Below, in pieces: positions 25,391-38,901 of a stretch of DNA of 64,000 bases. The notes below the pieces were generated by a model. It worked only from the letters and a program-made list of their open reading frames with translations. It did not search any database and was not told where the DNA came from. The stretch's first letter is position 1, and the number at the start of each line of letters is the position of its first letter. The DNA comes from Mobula hypostoma. Taxonomy: Eukaryota. The position numbers were made by a program, and so were the translations under genes. Location: positions 104,780,001-104,844,000 of the forward strand of contig NC_086105.1 of NCBI RefSeq assembly GCF_963921235.1, given 5' to 3'.

Positions 25391-26994
25391 AATACTTCTG
25401 TAAGAAATTTGCATGAAATGAAGGTTCCTTTTGAACTGCCATTTGCTGATGAACAGAATTATATAAATTAATAAGTAACTCCAGTTACTTTTAAAATGCA
25501 TATGCCTATTTTCTAATACCCTGGATGGATAATATGAAATCTATTGTACAATTATCTGGAGTTCTTGGCATCCCTTTTGAAATGGAGCAAAAGTATCAGA
25601 TCCTGGGGTCTTCACTGAAGTGAGTAACTTTTAATGGTGTCATTTGCACTTTCTTGAAAGCAGTGTGTTTGGGTTGGAATTCTATCCAGACAATTGGGAT
25701 AACAGTTGTGGAGTCCTCATTTCAGATGAGTGCAATTAAAATCTCAATTTGATTTCATAATCCAGAACATACCCTATTTCCATTACTATCAACAGGGAGG
25801 AGGTACAAGAGCCTGAAGACTCATACTGAAAGATTTAGAGAAAGCTTCTTCCCCTCCCACCCCACCAGCAGCTATCTGAATGGTCCATGAGCACCACTTT
25901 TTTGCATATTATTGTTATAACTTAACAATTTTATGTCTTTGTACTTTTCCAAAACAGCAAATATTTCTTAGTCTACATCAGTAAGTAATTCTAATTCTAC
26001 AGTCAAAATATTGATTATTTCGGCAAGATGGGTAATTTTCACTTGAGGCCATTTCTTTGATTGAGCAATCTAGTTGGTCTCAATTGTGACCTCTTTTCCA
26101 CATTTGATTTTATTTTTCCTCCATGTTATTTATCCACACCGTCAGACAATGCATTCCCAACTCTAAACTACATAGTTTTAATTTTCAGGAAGCTGTTTCT
26201 CTCTTCTAAACACTCCATTATTATACGTATCCTCAGTTTTAAAGTTCCCTTTCCCCGTCAGTCTGCTAAATTGAAACACACCATCACTGAAACCTATTGA
26301 GTAAATTTCCATTTGTATTTTCTCAAGATACAATTAGTGCGGTATCTTGAGAATAATGGGGTTAAAAAGTGCAGTGAAATTACTATTGAGAATTTTCTGC
26401 TCCAGATGTATGCACCTAACCTTATGGTGAATTGGTTATCTATCATGTTGCCAAGTTGCAGGCAGTGCTCATTGTTTTTTCATACTTTAAACTTATGTTC
26501 AGTTATAAAAAACACAAAAACCTAAAATTCTGGAACTAGGCCATATCTGGTGGCAGTTGCGGCTAGAGAACCTGAACTCATGTGTTATCTGTTGTTTTTA
26601 AAAAAAATACTAAGTGGAATCAGGAATAATCCATGTGGTCCTTCGAGCCTACTCCATCATTCACACCAGCATAAGAATTAGAGGCAGACCAGTTCACACC
26701 TTGGGCTTGCTCTGCCAGGTGGCAACTGATCTGATTGCAGCTTCAATTCTCCGTTCTTCAACCCCAGTAATCTTCAGCAACCTATTCAAAAATCTATCTA
26801 CTAATACCCTCAAAATTATTTGAAGACTTGGAAGTCCCTTGCTCTTTAAGGGTTGAGCTTGTTTTTCTTCTTTTCCTTGTTTGTCTTAAATATACGATCC
26901 CTTACTTTTTAAAGAATTTCTGTTATGTATCAATTCTGTCAAGAGGAAGCATCCAGCATGCAATCTATTGAGACCCCTTTTTTAATCAATAACC

Positions 26995-27540
26995 CCTGTA
27001 CCTAATAAAGTAGCCACTGATTGTATGTTCGTGGTCTTCTGCTGCTGTAGCCCATCTATTCAAGGTTCGATGTGCTGTGCTTTCAGAGATGCTCTTCTGC
27101 CCACCACCGTTGTACTTGCTGCCTGTTAGGCCACTGGTGCTTAGGGCAGCACATCTCTATTGTAACATGTGGTTATTTGAGTTACTGTCACCTTCCTGTC
27201 AGATTGGACCAGTTTGGCCATTCTCCTCTGACCTCCCTCATTAACAAGGTGTTTTCACCCACAGTAATGTTGCTCACTAAGTGTTTTTTTTGGTCTTTTT
27301 TTTTGCACCATTCTCTGAAAATCCCAGGAAATCAGTTTCTAAGATGCTCAGACCACCCTGTCTGGCACCAACAATCATTCCATGGTCTACATCACGTGGT
27401 TCACATTTCTGCCCCACTCTGAACAACAACTGAACCTCTTGACCATGCTTCTATGCATTGGGATGCTGCCACATGATTGTATGTTTAAATATTTGCATTA
27501 GTGCGCAAGTGTACAGGTGTACCTAATAAAGTGGCCACAT
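26995..27540 (-). mobile_element. Tc1-like non-autonomous transposon (5' transposase remnant)
   Basis: Terminal motif tacctaataaagt(a/g)gccac at both ends. Colinear with 41070-41612. Confidence 0.75.
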
Positions 27541-28719
27541 AGCTCAGTTCAGTTTTCTTGCCCTAACCTCCATATGACTTAAATTTCTAGATATTAAAGG
27601 AGTCATGAGTCTGTTTTGTATAGTTGTCTAGTGCTGTAAATCATAGAGATTCACCAACCTCTGCTTAAAAAGAGTATTCAACTTAATTATAAATATCCTG
27701 CCTATTTATGCTGATACTGGGTTGGCTCATTCAAGACTCCATCCAAGTGAAGTGCCTTTCCTGCATCTAGTCTCTTGAACCAGTGACAATTTAGTAAGTT
27801 TCAATGAGATCATCTCATTAGTCTGAACTATCATACATAATATAGTATGGCAAACCCACCATCCTGGGAGCTATTCTAGTGAATCTTCATTCCTGAACAC
27901 TCATCCTCTTGTAATAGAGGCCACAGTACCATTCGCCTGCTGCACCTGGATGTTTTTATGACTTGTTTGCATCCTCTAAGTTTTTTTTTAAGTAATATTC
28001 CCCGATCTGTTAACATTTTTTTCAAGTCTTTTCTGCTATTTCTACTGTGGATGTTCTCACTTTGTTTCACCTACCATTTTTTTGCCCATTTTTTGGATCT
28101 TATTATTAAACCCTCAACACTTTACTCATTATCCCACCTAGTTTTATATAAACGGCGAACTGAACTCCAGTAAGAATTACACTTTCATTTAAAATCTAAT
28201 GTTTAATCCCCTTTAAAGAACATTGTATAAGGGAAAGAATATGCAGAACAGTGTGAGACTGATTACATTATCAACAGGGTAACAAAATGACCAGTGAAGT
28301 ATTTTGAAAATGTCAACCTTGGAATTTTCACAGATTAAATCATAGAAATACTATATCAAAGAAGGGGCTATTGAACCCATTCTATTCATATAGGCTACCA
28401 TTAATTATTTATCTCTGCCAAGGGAAGTGTACTTTTCTAGCAATGTTGTATAATTTTTTAAAAGAAAAGACAGCTCAGCAAATGCTTCAACTGGTTCCAA
28501 TTCTATAGCTCTACCAACATTCTTTTAAATTATCACTACGGCCTGTCTTTATATTTCCTTATGATACAGGCAGAGTCAATTCAGCTGCCTCTCAGAGCAA
28601 CCAAATTTGAACCCTCACCCCCCCATTTATTTTCTTATTCTTTCTATCATCAGTTCTGTCATCTCCATTCATCAGACCTCCATTCTGTCATCTGATATCT
28701 CTCTAAGTTAGTACTGTGG

Positions 28720-28880
28720 CAACCTAACTTAAAAGCCAGTACATCTTTGGCACATGAAAGCAAGTTGGAACACCCGTGAGAAAGAGAAACTCTGCACGTA
28801 ACATCATCGGCCAGGATTGAGCCTGGTCTGCTGGGAGCTGTGACACAGCTATACTACCTGCAACACCACTGTTTCTCCAT
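28720..28880 (-). mobile_element. Degenerate tRNA-derived SINE
   Basis: Reverse complement has ggctcaatcctg (B box-like) and gtttctctttctcacgggtgttccaacttgctttcatgtgccaaagatgt, similar to the other SINE bodies. Confidence 0.5.
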
Positions 28881-29096
28881 CTTTGTGCTATTGCAGTAGG
28901 TAGCACTCCAAGGTTAATAGTGTCTGTGACCTCTCTGCTCCTGTCATTGCAAGTAACCCCAGTGGACAACAAGAAGGACATCTTGTGTAACCAAACGTAC
29001 TTATTTTTTAAATTTTATTTACATGAACAAAGGAAATTGAAGTTTAAAAGATAAGGCTATTGATGTATTGGTAATCTTGTTTTTTTTTCTTAACAG

Positions 29097-29379
29097 GATA
29101 CTATCCAGCTGCTGGACAGTACCCGCCTTCAGGTCCATTTATACCCCCTGGCCATTATCCACCCCCTCCTGGGCACTATCCCCCTCATAGTGGACAAACA
29201 GCAACTGTTATAGTTCCCCCAGGTGCAGCAACAACAGTGACAGTGCTGCAAGGGGAGATGTTTCAAGCTGCACCAGTCCAGACTGTATGCCCTCACTGTC
29301 AGCAGGCTATTACGACCAAGATCACTTATGAGCTAGGCTTATTGAATACGTTATTCTGCCTCTTCTGCTGTTTTATGGG
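29097..29379 (+). CDS. CDIP1: CDIP1 coding exon 3 (Pro-rich repeats and first half of the LITAF domain)
   Basis: [93 protein letters not shown]. Acceptor taacag, donor GG|GTAAGT, 283 nt. Confidence 0.97.
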
Positions 29380-30445
29380 GTAAGTGACATTGACTTGAGG
29401 TTTTCAAGTCTCATTAAGAATTCTCATTTTTTTTTACCACGGTCTATTCATTTGAAATTTCTGACCTCTGATTTCATGAACTTTAACCTCTCTACTTATT
29501 TTCATATTTTCTTGCATGTTTGCACTATTGTTCTTTTTGAATATTAACTATTGTCCTGTACCTTTCGCTAGGTCTTATGACAGCGAACCAAAAAAAAATA
29601 CAGTGGATCTGTTCAAAGACATGTTTATTACTTGCAAGGAGAAACACCTTCACTCCTCATAAATGACAGGCTGTTTCTGATTTATAGCCTACAAAGTTTG
29701 TTTATATTACAAGTTTTCTGGCTGTCCTTTGGCTATTATCTGTTCTAGAGGTCAACTCCTCCACTGTAGTACTCGAGGTCAGTAATATATCAATCTCCCC
29801 TTAGTTACACAATGAACAACGATCAAGACATTGTATGCCTTTTGCTACACACTTAGCTCATAGCAACGTACTCTGGGATTATACAGGTTCCATTTTGTTA
29901 CAGTACAAACTTAAGTAGAACAAAAATCTCAAAGTTCCAAATATATTTCCACACTATTCTGCAACTTTTATTTCTTTTGCGTTCTTTTGCCTAATCTTAT
30001 CTTGCTCTTATCTTGCCTAATTTCTATTTCCATCTTGGCTTGCCTAACTCGTGTTCTGATATCCTCCTGACTACTCTGCCGTTAGACAAATTATTTTCCC
30101 CTCAGTAATCTTCAAGTACTCACCAACATGACTAAGCTATGTTATTATTCTGCAGATATAACTCTGTCCATGTAGGAATAAGAGAATCCTGCATACAATT
30201 AGGAAATTAATAGAATGGAATTCCTGTGTCCACCTAGAGGCAGCCACAGAGCTCCTGCATCAATTTTGTGATTTCTTATGCCACCCAGATTTGCAAAGTG
30301 TTTTTTATCCCCGTAACTAATATTATTTAAGTAATGGAACAATTTCTCTTTGAAAGAACGAACACTGAACAATGGTGTCCTGTGTTGTAAGATTAACATT
30401 AATCTTTCACTGATTTTGACTATCAGCATTCTCCAGTTGTGGCAG

Positions 30446-32600
30446 TCACAACACGCCGGAGGAACTCAGCAGGTCAGGGCAGCATCCGTGGAAACGATCA
30501 GTCAACGTTTCGGGCCGGAACCGTTTGTCAGGACTGAAGAGGGAAGGGGCAGAGGCCCTATAAAGAAGGTGGGGGGAAGGTGGGAAGGAGAAGGTTGGTA
30601 GGTTCCAGGTGAAAAACCAGTAAGGGGAAAGATCAAGGGGTGGGGGAGGGGAGGCAGGGAGGTGATAGGCAGGAAAGGTGAAGAAAGAATAGGGGAAAAC
30701 ACAATGGGTAGTAGGAGGAGGTGGAACCATGAGGGAGGTGATAGGCAGCTGGGGGAGGGGGCAGAGTGAAATAGGGTTAGGGGAAGGGAGTGGGAGGGAA
30801 TTACCGGTAGTTGGAGAATTCTGTGTTCATACCAAGGGGCTGGAGACTACCTAGACAGTATATGAGGTGTTGCTCCTCCAACCTGAGTTTAGCCTCAGCA
30901 TGGCAGTAGAGGAGGTCATGTATGGACATATTCGGATGGGAATGGGAAGCAGAGTTGAAGTAGGTGGCAACCGGGAGATCCTGTCTGTTGTGGCGGACAG
31001 ATCGGAGGTGCTCGACAAAGCGGTCCCCCAATCTGCGTTGGGTTTCACCGATGTAGAGGAGGCCACACCGGATGCAATAGATATGGGCACTCGCATGGAT
31101 CTCAGCTATGCCTGCCTGTTTGTTGGTTATGTGGAACAGTCTGTGCTCCAAACCTATTCTGGTACTGCTCCCCAACTTTTCCTTTGCTACGTTGATGACT
31201 ACATTGGTGCTGTTTCCTGCACCCATGCTGAGCTCGTCAATTTCATCGACTTTACTTCAAACTTCTACCCAGCCCTCAAATTCACTTGGTCTATCTTGGA
31301 CGCTTCTTCCCCCTTCTCGATCTCTCGGTCTCCATCTCTGGAGACAGACTGTCCACTGACATCTTCTACAAGCCCACTGACTCTCATAACTACCTCGACT
31401 ATACCTCTTCCCACCCTGCCACATGGAAGAATGCCATTCCCTATTCCCAGTTCCTCTGTCTCTGCTGCATCTGCTCCCAGGATGAGGCTTTCTGTTCCAG
31501 GACATCTCAAGTGTCCTCTTTCTTTAAGGATCGTGGTTTCCCTTCTGCCGTCATCAATGATGCCCTCACCGGCATCTTCTCCATTTCCCGCACTTCAGCC
31601 CTCACCCCATCCTCCTGCCACTACACCAGGGACAGAGTTCCCCTTGTCCTCATCTACCACCCCGCCAGCCTCTGGATCCAGCAGCACATTATCCTCCGCA
31701 ACTTCCGCCACCTTCAACGGGACCCCACCACTAAGCTCATCTTTCCCTCTCCACTCCTCTCCGCTTTCCGCAGGGATCAGTCCCTCCCCACGGATCACCC
31801 ACCCGGCACTTACCCTGTAAGCGTAAGTGCTACACCTGTCCCTACACCTCCTCTCTTGCCACCATTCAGGGCCCGAAACAGTCCTTTCAGGTGAGGCAAC
31901 ACTTCACTTGTGAGTCTGTTGGGGTCATCTATTGCATCCGGTGCGGCCTCCTCTACATCGGGGAAACCTGATGCAGATTGGGAGACCGCTTCGTCGAGCA
32001 CCTCTGCTCCGTCCGCCAAAACAGACAGGATCTCCCAGTAGCCACCCACTTCAACTCTGCTTCCCACTCCCATTCAGATATGTCCATACATGGCCTCGTC
32101 TACTGCCATGATGAGGCTAAACTCAGGTTGGAGGAGCAACACCTCATATACCGTCTAGGTCGTCTCCAGCCCCTTGGTATGAACATAGAATTCTCCAACT
32201 TCCAGTAATTTCATCCCACTCCCTTCCCCTATCCCTATTTCATTCTGCCCCCTCCCCCAGCTGCCTATCACCTCCCTCATGGTTCCGCCTCCTTCCACTA
32301 CCCATTGTGTTTTCCCCCATTCCTTCTTCACCTTTCCTGCCTATCACCTCCCTGCTTCCCCTTCCCCACCCCTTGATCTTTCCCCTTACTGGTTTTTCTC
32401 CTGGAACCTACCAGCCTTCTCCTTCCCACCCTCCCTCCACCTTCTTTATAGGGCCTCTGCCCCTTCCCTCTTCAGAACTGACGAAGGATTCCATCCCGAA
32501 ATGTTGACTGATCGTTTCCACGGATGCTGCCCGACCTGCTGAGTTCCTCCAGCGTGTTGAGTGTTGCTTTGACCTCAGCATCTGCGGAGTATTTTGTGTT
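30446..32600. mobile_element. Penelope-like insertion with an inverted pseudo-LTR (minus arm 30446-31080, plus body 31081-32600)
   Basis: The plus body has MGTRMDLSYACLFVG...YVDDYIG (RT), YKPTDSHNYL and GIY-YIG. The minus arm is a second copy of the GIY-YIG end and terminal region. 14-bp TSD tccagttgtggcag at 30432-30445 and 32601-32614. Confidence 0.93.
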
Positions 32601-33270
32601 TCCAGTTGTGGCAGGCCTTCCTTTCTCTATACTCCAGAGTGGTTTCTTTCAGAATCTTACCAAAATGCTATGGTAGAAATGCATGCCAGAATGTGACCTA
32701 CTGTTTAAACTGGATCTTTGGTTTTACCATGTAGTACTTAGGTATTTGAAAAAATATGTGCAATTCTGGAGCTTATAGGAAGATTATTTTGCAATGTCTT
32801 AAAATTTTGGTTTTACTGTTTAACACACCTATAGATCCTCATTTAGTTGCATTAGTTGACAGTGATGATTTCACGATAACATGGTACATATCATAACCTG
32901 ACTATGTCATAATCTACAGCAAGTTTCACAGAAGTGTCCTTTGTAATTTGAAAGATTGCCTTGGTTCAGTAAAATTACTGTTTTTTTGGCAGGGATGAAG
33001 TAAGGAGAAATGAGTCCAAAGCACTTTCAATAAGTGTGTTCTGATTTGTACTTGTGACTTTGCCTAGAGAATAACTAAATAAAATTCTATAATTTTATAA
33101 GAATGGATTTCTTTGGCTGAGGCATTTAAGTCTAAATTCTAATAAGGGTATGAGCATAATTGACGACACCTGTTTATTTGATACCACTATATAATGTGTA
33201 TTAGAAAATCATTGTCATTTGATATATGGTTGCAGAAAGCTTTCATATCTTTCTTTTTCTTTTGATTCAG

Positions 33271-33382
33271 GTGTGATCTGGGCTGCTGCTTAATCCCATG
33301 TTTGATAGATGACCTGAAGGATGTGATGCATACTTGTCCAAACTGTAAAGCTTATATATATACATACAAGCGTGTGTGTTAA
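33271..33382 (+). CDS. CDIP1: CDIP1 last coding exon (LITAF domain second half)
   Basis: (G)[36 protein letters not shown]. Acceptor ttttgattcag. Joined CDS is 85+159+283+112 = 639 nt, 212 aa. Confidence 0.97.
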
Positions 33383-35825
33383 CGCCAATTCTGGCTCTGT
33401 TCAGACCTTAAAAAGATAAACTTAACATTAACTTTTTGTTTCTATTTACACACATGATGCAGCATTGTCTTGTGCTGTCCAACAAACTGTGAATGCCTTA
33501 TCTGCAGAGTATATGATTAAGATGAAGATTTATTAATGTATTAATATAGTATCAGTAGAAAGGTTTTCGTCCAAATTTAAATCAGAAAACAATATTTCAT
33601 TGCACTTCAACTTATGAAATTCCCAGTAAAGGAAACCCTATGGCTAGCACCTTTTTATGATATTCAGTTTAAAATTTTGAGCAAGTTGAATATTGATGTG
33701 GATTATTGTGCTAAATAGTGTTTGAGAATTAAAAGTGACTATCTAACTTAGGGTATCTTTCAACGGTCAGCCTTTTGTCCCAAAATATTGCCCACTGCTG
33801 CAATATTTTTGTGATGTTTATATTCAACATGTACAGTTTAATATAATGTGCTCTATAGAAAATACACATTAAAATGCACACTTTAAACCCCAGGGAAAAA
33901 TGTTTTGTCATCTGACACAGGTTGCTGCTTAATGGGAGCACATGCATGGAAGTGTTTTGTAATATGATGTGCATTCATGTCATTTAAATACTTGCAATCA
34001 GTGTCTTTTTTTCCAAATCTTTCCTGATACAGACCTATCAAGTCTGAATTTCTAAACAGTTGGTAGTTGCTGGGAAAGATACCAAGCTTAAAATGAAGGC
34101 CAATTTAAGAAAAATATTATTTATTTTGAAGAGATTAAATGTTTTTAAAGAGCTGTACTATGGTTTTGAAAGTATTTTATTGTTGCAGTTCTAGTTTAGT
34201 TTAACATGAAAAGGTTCTGAGCCATGAAAGGTGTGTTATTGTGATTATAGTACACTTGCGTCAATCAAAATCATTTTAATGGAACTTGAATAGAGGATAT
34301 TTTTTTAAAAAAATAACATCACCTGTAAGCTTTCTGTCTAAATGTGTAGCTTAGATTTTGTGGATCCAAAGAATGTTTTTTTTCCAGATTTGAGGAATAT
34401 TGTCTGTTAAGGATGACTATCAGGATCTTCATGAATGTTCTTTATAGTAGTGTTTGGAAATACTGTACAGTGCAGAAATCTTTGACATGTTCAGAATATA
34501 AATGTAGTAAAATATCTACACATGCAGCTTGCAAGTATTGCCTTTGCTAAGACTTTGCTGCATATGTAAATTTGCACTTTTATTTATTGTCTCTATTATG
34601 CATCATGAACTTACAAGAAGTATTAAATGTTTTTCTGCTTTAAAAATAGGTTACTGGAATACAAATGTAATAGAAGAATGCATTAATTTTTCAGAGTGCA
34701 CAGGGAGGATTATGCATGTGGTTGACTTTATCCTACCTAATATGCTGTGGCTTAATGCATCCACTGTAACCACCTTTTGGGTTAAAACAAACTACTTGAT
34801 GAGATGCTACAGTTGTTGCTAGTTGGAAAGCATTAAGCACTTCTAAATAAATATATTACCAATATCTCAAATTTTTATTCATTGTTTCTGATGTCATCAC
34901 AATTGTTAGCAATGTCAAAATATTGAGCAAATTTACTTAGATTTAAGTCCCTGTCAGTTCATGAGTAAATCATTGGAAGGATATATCAGTAGGTCATTTG
35001 CACATAGGTCACATGTTTATATCACTTTAATTTACATTATATGTTGCATGCAGGATCACTTGTAAAATGAAGACCAAGATTGAAACAATTCCCTTTTTCA
35101 AAATTACAGCCAGTTTTAAGTATGGATTGTTTGATTTTTAATGTTATTCATCAATAACTCATGCATATTTACACCAATATTTAATAATTCTGTTATACAG
35201 GAGTAAGCAGATCTTTCCAACTATGATGAAGCTGCAGGTACAGGATTAATATCTGATGCAGTATTTTAATTTGCTGATCTGACAATTTAAATGAGTTTCA
35301 CAAGTAGGTTCCCTGTGTGATTGTTAAGTATTGGATTCTTTTTGAAAGAGGGCCTATTTAAAAACATATCACATAATCGCAAGAGGACCTTCTAAGGGCT
35401 TCTGTGTCAGAAAAGTTTGAAAATTCCATTTTAAATTAGTCTTGACTGATTTAATTACTTTTTGTACAAGTCAGCAATATAAAGCCACAACTCCAAAGCA
35501 TGGGGTAGACAATAGAAATGAAGGATAAATTTTCTTTAAATGCTGTTGTTTGTTTTGCATACCGGTGAATAATTTACTTCATGTCCTTTTCTTTTGAAAT
35601 GAGTAGTACTTATCTGTCTGGTGTGTAAATCTTCTAATACATTTTGATATTTTTGTTAATTTAAGAGGCTGTGTATATTATGCAAAGCTTTTTGTTAGAT
35701 TATGCCTTGCAATGTCTATTTTTTCTGTAACATTGGGTACAAATTAAAATATGTATATTCATGTATTATGTATAAGTATTTACACCTTGGAAGCTAATAA
35801 ATGCTGATAGCACTATTCTGTTTTG
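33383..35825 (+). other. Probable long CDIP1 3' UTR with two candidate poly(A) signals
   Basis: About 2.4 kb AT-rich with no recognisable TE. AATAAA at 34846-34851 and 35796-35801; the second is followed by a T-rich downstream element. Confidence 0.6.
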
Positions 35826-36466
35826 ATCTTAATCTTATCAAAACACTAGAATTACGAATTACAAATTCCAAAATGAACACTCTTGTTTTCTCACAATTTA
35901 CATATTGTTGCTGGACCTAAAGTGCTAGAATTTTATTCCATGAAGATGATCAGATCATTAATTTGAAGATTCAAACATTATTGAACAGATTTCATTTTTG
36001 CATGTCCCATTAGTTGACCTTGTCCTTAAGTTATAAAATATACAAAATCGCTATGGCAATAATTTCTCTTTTGTAGTGAATTGCATCAAAGTGTATTAAC
36101 TTGATAAGAAATAACAATTACAAAAGTGGAGAGAGCGGAAACTAATTCTGCAGTTTGTAGAAGTACATCAGACCTTTTGAATTTATTATTATGGGAGCTC
36201 AGTGATATTAGGTTGGCCATCATAACCATAGGAAGGCCTGTATAAATTGAACTAAGGAATAAAGTGGGGCAAAGTATGTACTAAACCCCCAAAGCAATCA
36301 GGAGTAGATGGAACAAATTATATATTGGTATATTTGCAAAGTGCAAAAAAAAAGCCTCCAATTAGCAACAGTTTGTGAATCAATTATATAAGGTGAGTAT
36401 TTGTTAAATTCATTTGAAGGAAGCATTAATTTGTATACAGCAAGTTTGGTTCTGGGAAATGAACTT

Positions 36467-36560
36467 GACCCTTCATCAGTCTTGGCCCGAAATGTCGACT
36501 GTATTTTTTTTGCATAGATGCTGTCTGGCCTGCTGAGTTCCTCCAGCATTTTGTGTGTGT
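36467..36560 (+). mobile_element. Tiny Penelope-like tail insertion with the 5' half of its hammerhead inverted
   Basis: gacccttcatcag (reverse complement of ctgatgaagggtc) is joined to tcttggcccgaaatgtcgactg plus the tail. Confidence 0.7.
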
Positions 36561-37649
36561 CTAGCTGACAACCAATGATATCTTGAAGTTAGTAAAGCAA
36601 TTGTCCCTTAGTTGTTTGGTGTATTTCACATCCTTCCATATTTTTCTAATCTGTCTCTGGTACCCACTACTGTGTAAAGGGAAGCTATATTCTAGATTGT
36701 GCAACACATTGTCATGAGGGCCAGGGGAAACACCTCTGGCCACTTTAGCTCGATCTTGTCAAGCAATTTAGCTAAACCTGCATTTCAGGGCCCCACTTTG
36801 TCTTTCAGCTGCCTGGTATGATTGAGAGTGGCAAGGGCAGGTGAAATGATGCTTACACTACAAAGCTTTCATTAACATGTAACTTTACCTGTAAAGTGAG
36901 TACTGCTATCACTTGAGATTGTTTTCAGGGATCCCAAACCAAGGAATAAATTCTCATAATCAAAATTAGCAACAGTCCCAGCATCATTTCTGAGTTGGAT
37001 AAGCTTTTAGCCACGGAGATAACAACGAAGTAACAAGTACATAATCACAATCGGTACATTTGGGTAACTGCATAAATTCATTTAGAGGTGCACGAATGAA
37101 CCCTGGGGCAGATACCAGCAGTGTCTTTCAGGATTATGTCTGGCAAATCATACAGTTGCTGCTACTTTTCTTGTTATGGTTGTGAACTTCACTTTCAATT
37201 ATACCCACCATCCTTTATAGTCTTGTACGTAGTGTGCTTCAGTCCACAAAGTCTTTTCAGCCTCTGACGTGTCATGCTGTAATTTTACTAGTTCATCAAA
37301 AAATTTTGCTAAGTATTAGCAGCCTGATCATACTGGAGTGCTTATGTAGACATAAAGTTCTGCCGTTGCAAGGAGTCTGCTCATTTGTTCCCTCTAGTTA
37401 TTTCCTCCTTCCTGTTAGTATGAACCATCTAGTTTATAACAATTGTAGTAAGTAATTGAAAAGTAAGAAAAGCTTCACAGTTAGTTCACCTTATTTTATC
37501 AGAGTTCCAAAGAGGCAAGAAACCCTTTTCAAAAATGTCATAATTGTCCAGTGTCATGTGCTACTCCCACAGCATAAGAAGATTCAGTGTAAATGTTTAC
37601 ACTGGCACCAGCTGCAAGGATGCAGGATTTTAAGTAAAAAAAATTCAGC

Positions 37650-38572
37650 TGCTATGTGATGTGCACAAACCATGAGATTTGCAATCTGCTGAAGGCCAGA
37701 TCAATGGCATTTAAATCTGGTGACTTAGAAAGTTACAAGAGGTCTAGGTATCATCACTGGAAAGCCATCTCATAGATGAAATGGCAATTCTGGACTAAGC
37801 TTGAATCAATGAACGATGCTCAACAGTTTTGGCAGGGCTTGAATGCCACCACCTCTTATAAAGTTAAATCAAGTGACATGGCTTTGCATCCAGACGGGCT
37901 CAGTGCCTGCTATGTTCGCTTTGACCGTCAAAACATGGAGGAAACATCATGAACTCCCACTGCCCCAGATGATACTGTCATTTCAGTCCCTAAAACCAAA
38001 GTGCAAGCAGCGTTCAGGAGGGTGAACCCTGAAAAACATCCGGCCCAGACAGGGTACCTTGTCAATTGCTAAAGACCCCTGTGCTGATCAACTGGCTGGA
38101 GTGTTCACTGAGATCTTCGGCACTCTGAGGAACCCACCTGCTTGAAGAAGCATCAATTATACTGGTGCCTAAGAAGAATGTGGTAACCTGCCTTAATGAC
38201 TATTGTCCAGTAGCAGATACATCTACAATGATGAAGTGTTTCGAGAGGTTGGTGATGAAACATATCAACTCTTGTCTGAGAAACAACTTAGATCCACTCC
38301 AGTTTCTCTACTGGCATAGTAGATGCCATCTCATTGACTTTTCACTCAACCCTGGAATATCTGGACAGCAAAGGTGCATACATCAGGATGCTCTTTATTG
38401 ACTACAGCTCTGTATTAAATACCATCACCCCTCCAACTAATCAATAAGGTCCAAGATATTGGCCTCAATACCTCCTTGTGCAGTGGATCCTCAATTTCCT
38501 CACTGATCCCATTTTGTTCATATTGGCATCAACATATCCACAATCTCCATCAGCACAGGTGCACCACAAGCT
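37650..38572 (+). mobile_element. Degenerate Rex1/Babar-type LINE RT fragment
   Basis: PKKNVVTCLNDYCPVADTSTMMKCFERLV...LDPLQF, then atgctctttattgactacagctc (MLFIDYS) and acaggtgcaccacaa (TGAPQ). Confidence 0.8.
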
Positions 38573-38901
38573 AACAGATAGATAGGCAGACAGACTGATA
38601 GATACTTTATTGATCCCAAAGGAAATTACAGTGTCACAGTAGCATTATAAGTGCACAGATATACAAACAATAGATGAGAAGTAAGAAATAATAAAAAGTT
38701 ACCTTAAAAATAAGATTTACAAGTCGAAGATGACAAGATTTACAAGATATACAAGTTCACACTGATAAGATGGTAGTTCAAGAATTTACCGAAATATTAG
38801 ACAGTAATTGGTGCACATTCACACCATCCAGATAAGAAGTGATGGCTGTATTGCACGGGGTGTCTGCGACAGCAGGGTGTGGTATCTATCTATCTATCTG
38901 T

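Noticed and set aside
29576-29902. Possible short solo LTR (tatgacag...ttgttaca)
   Set aside because: The 5' terminus is imperfect and the flanks gtct/gtac are not a convincing TSD.
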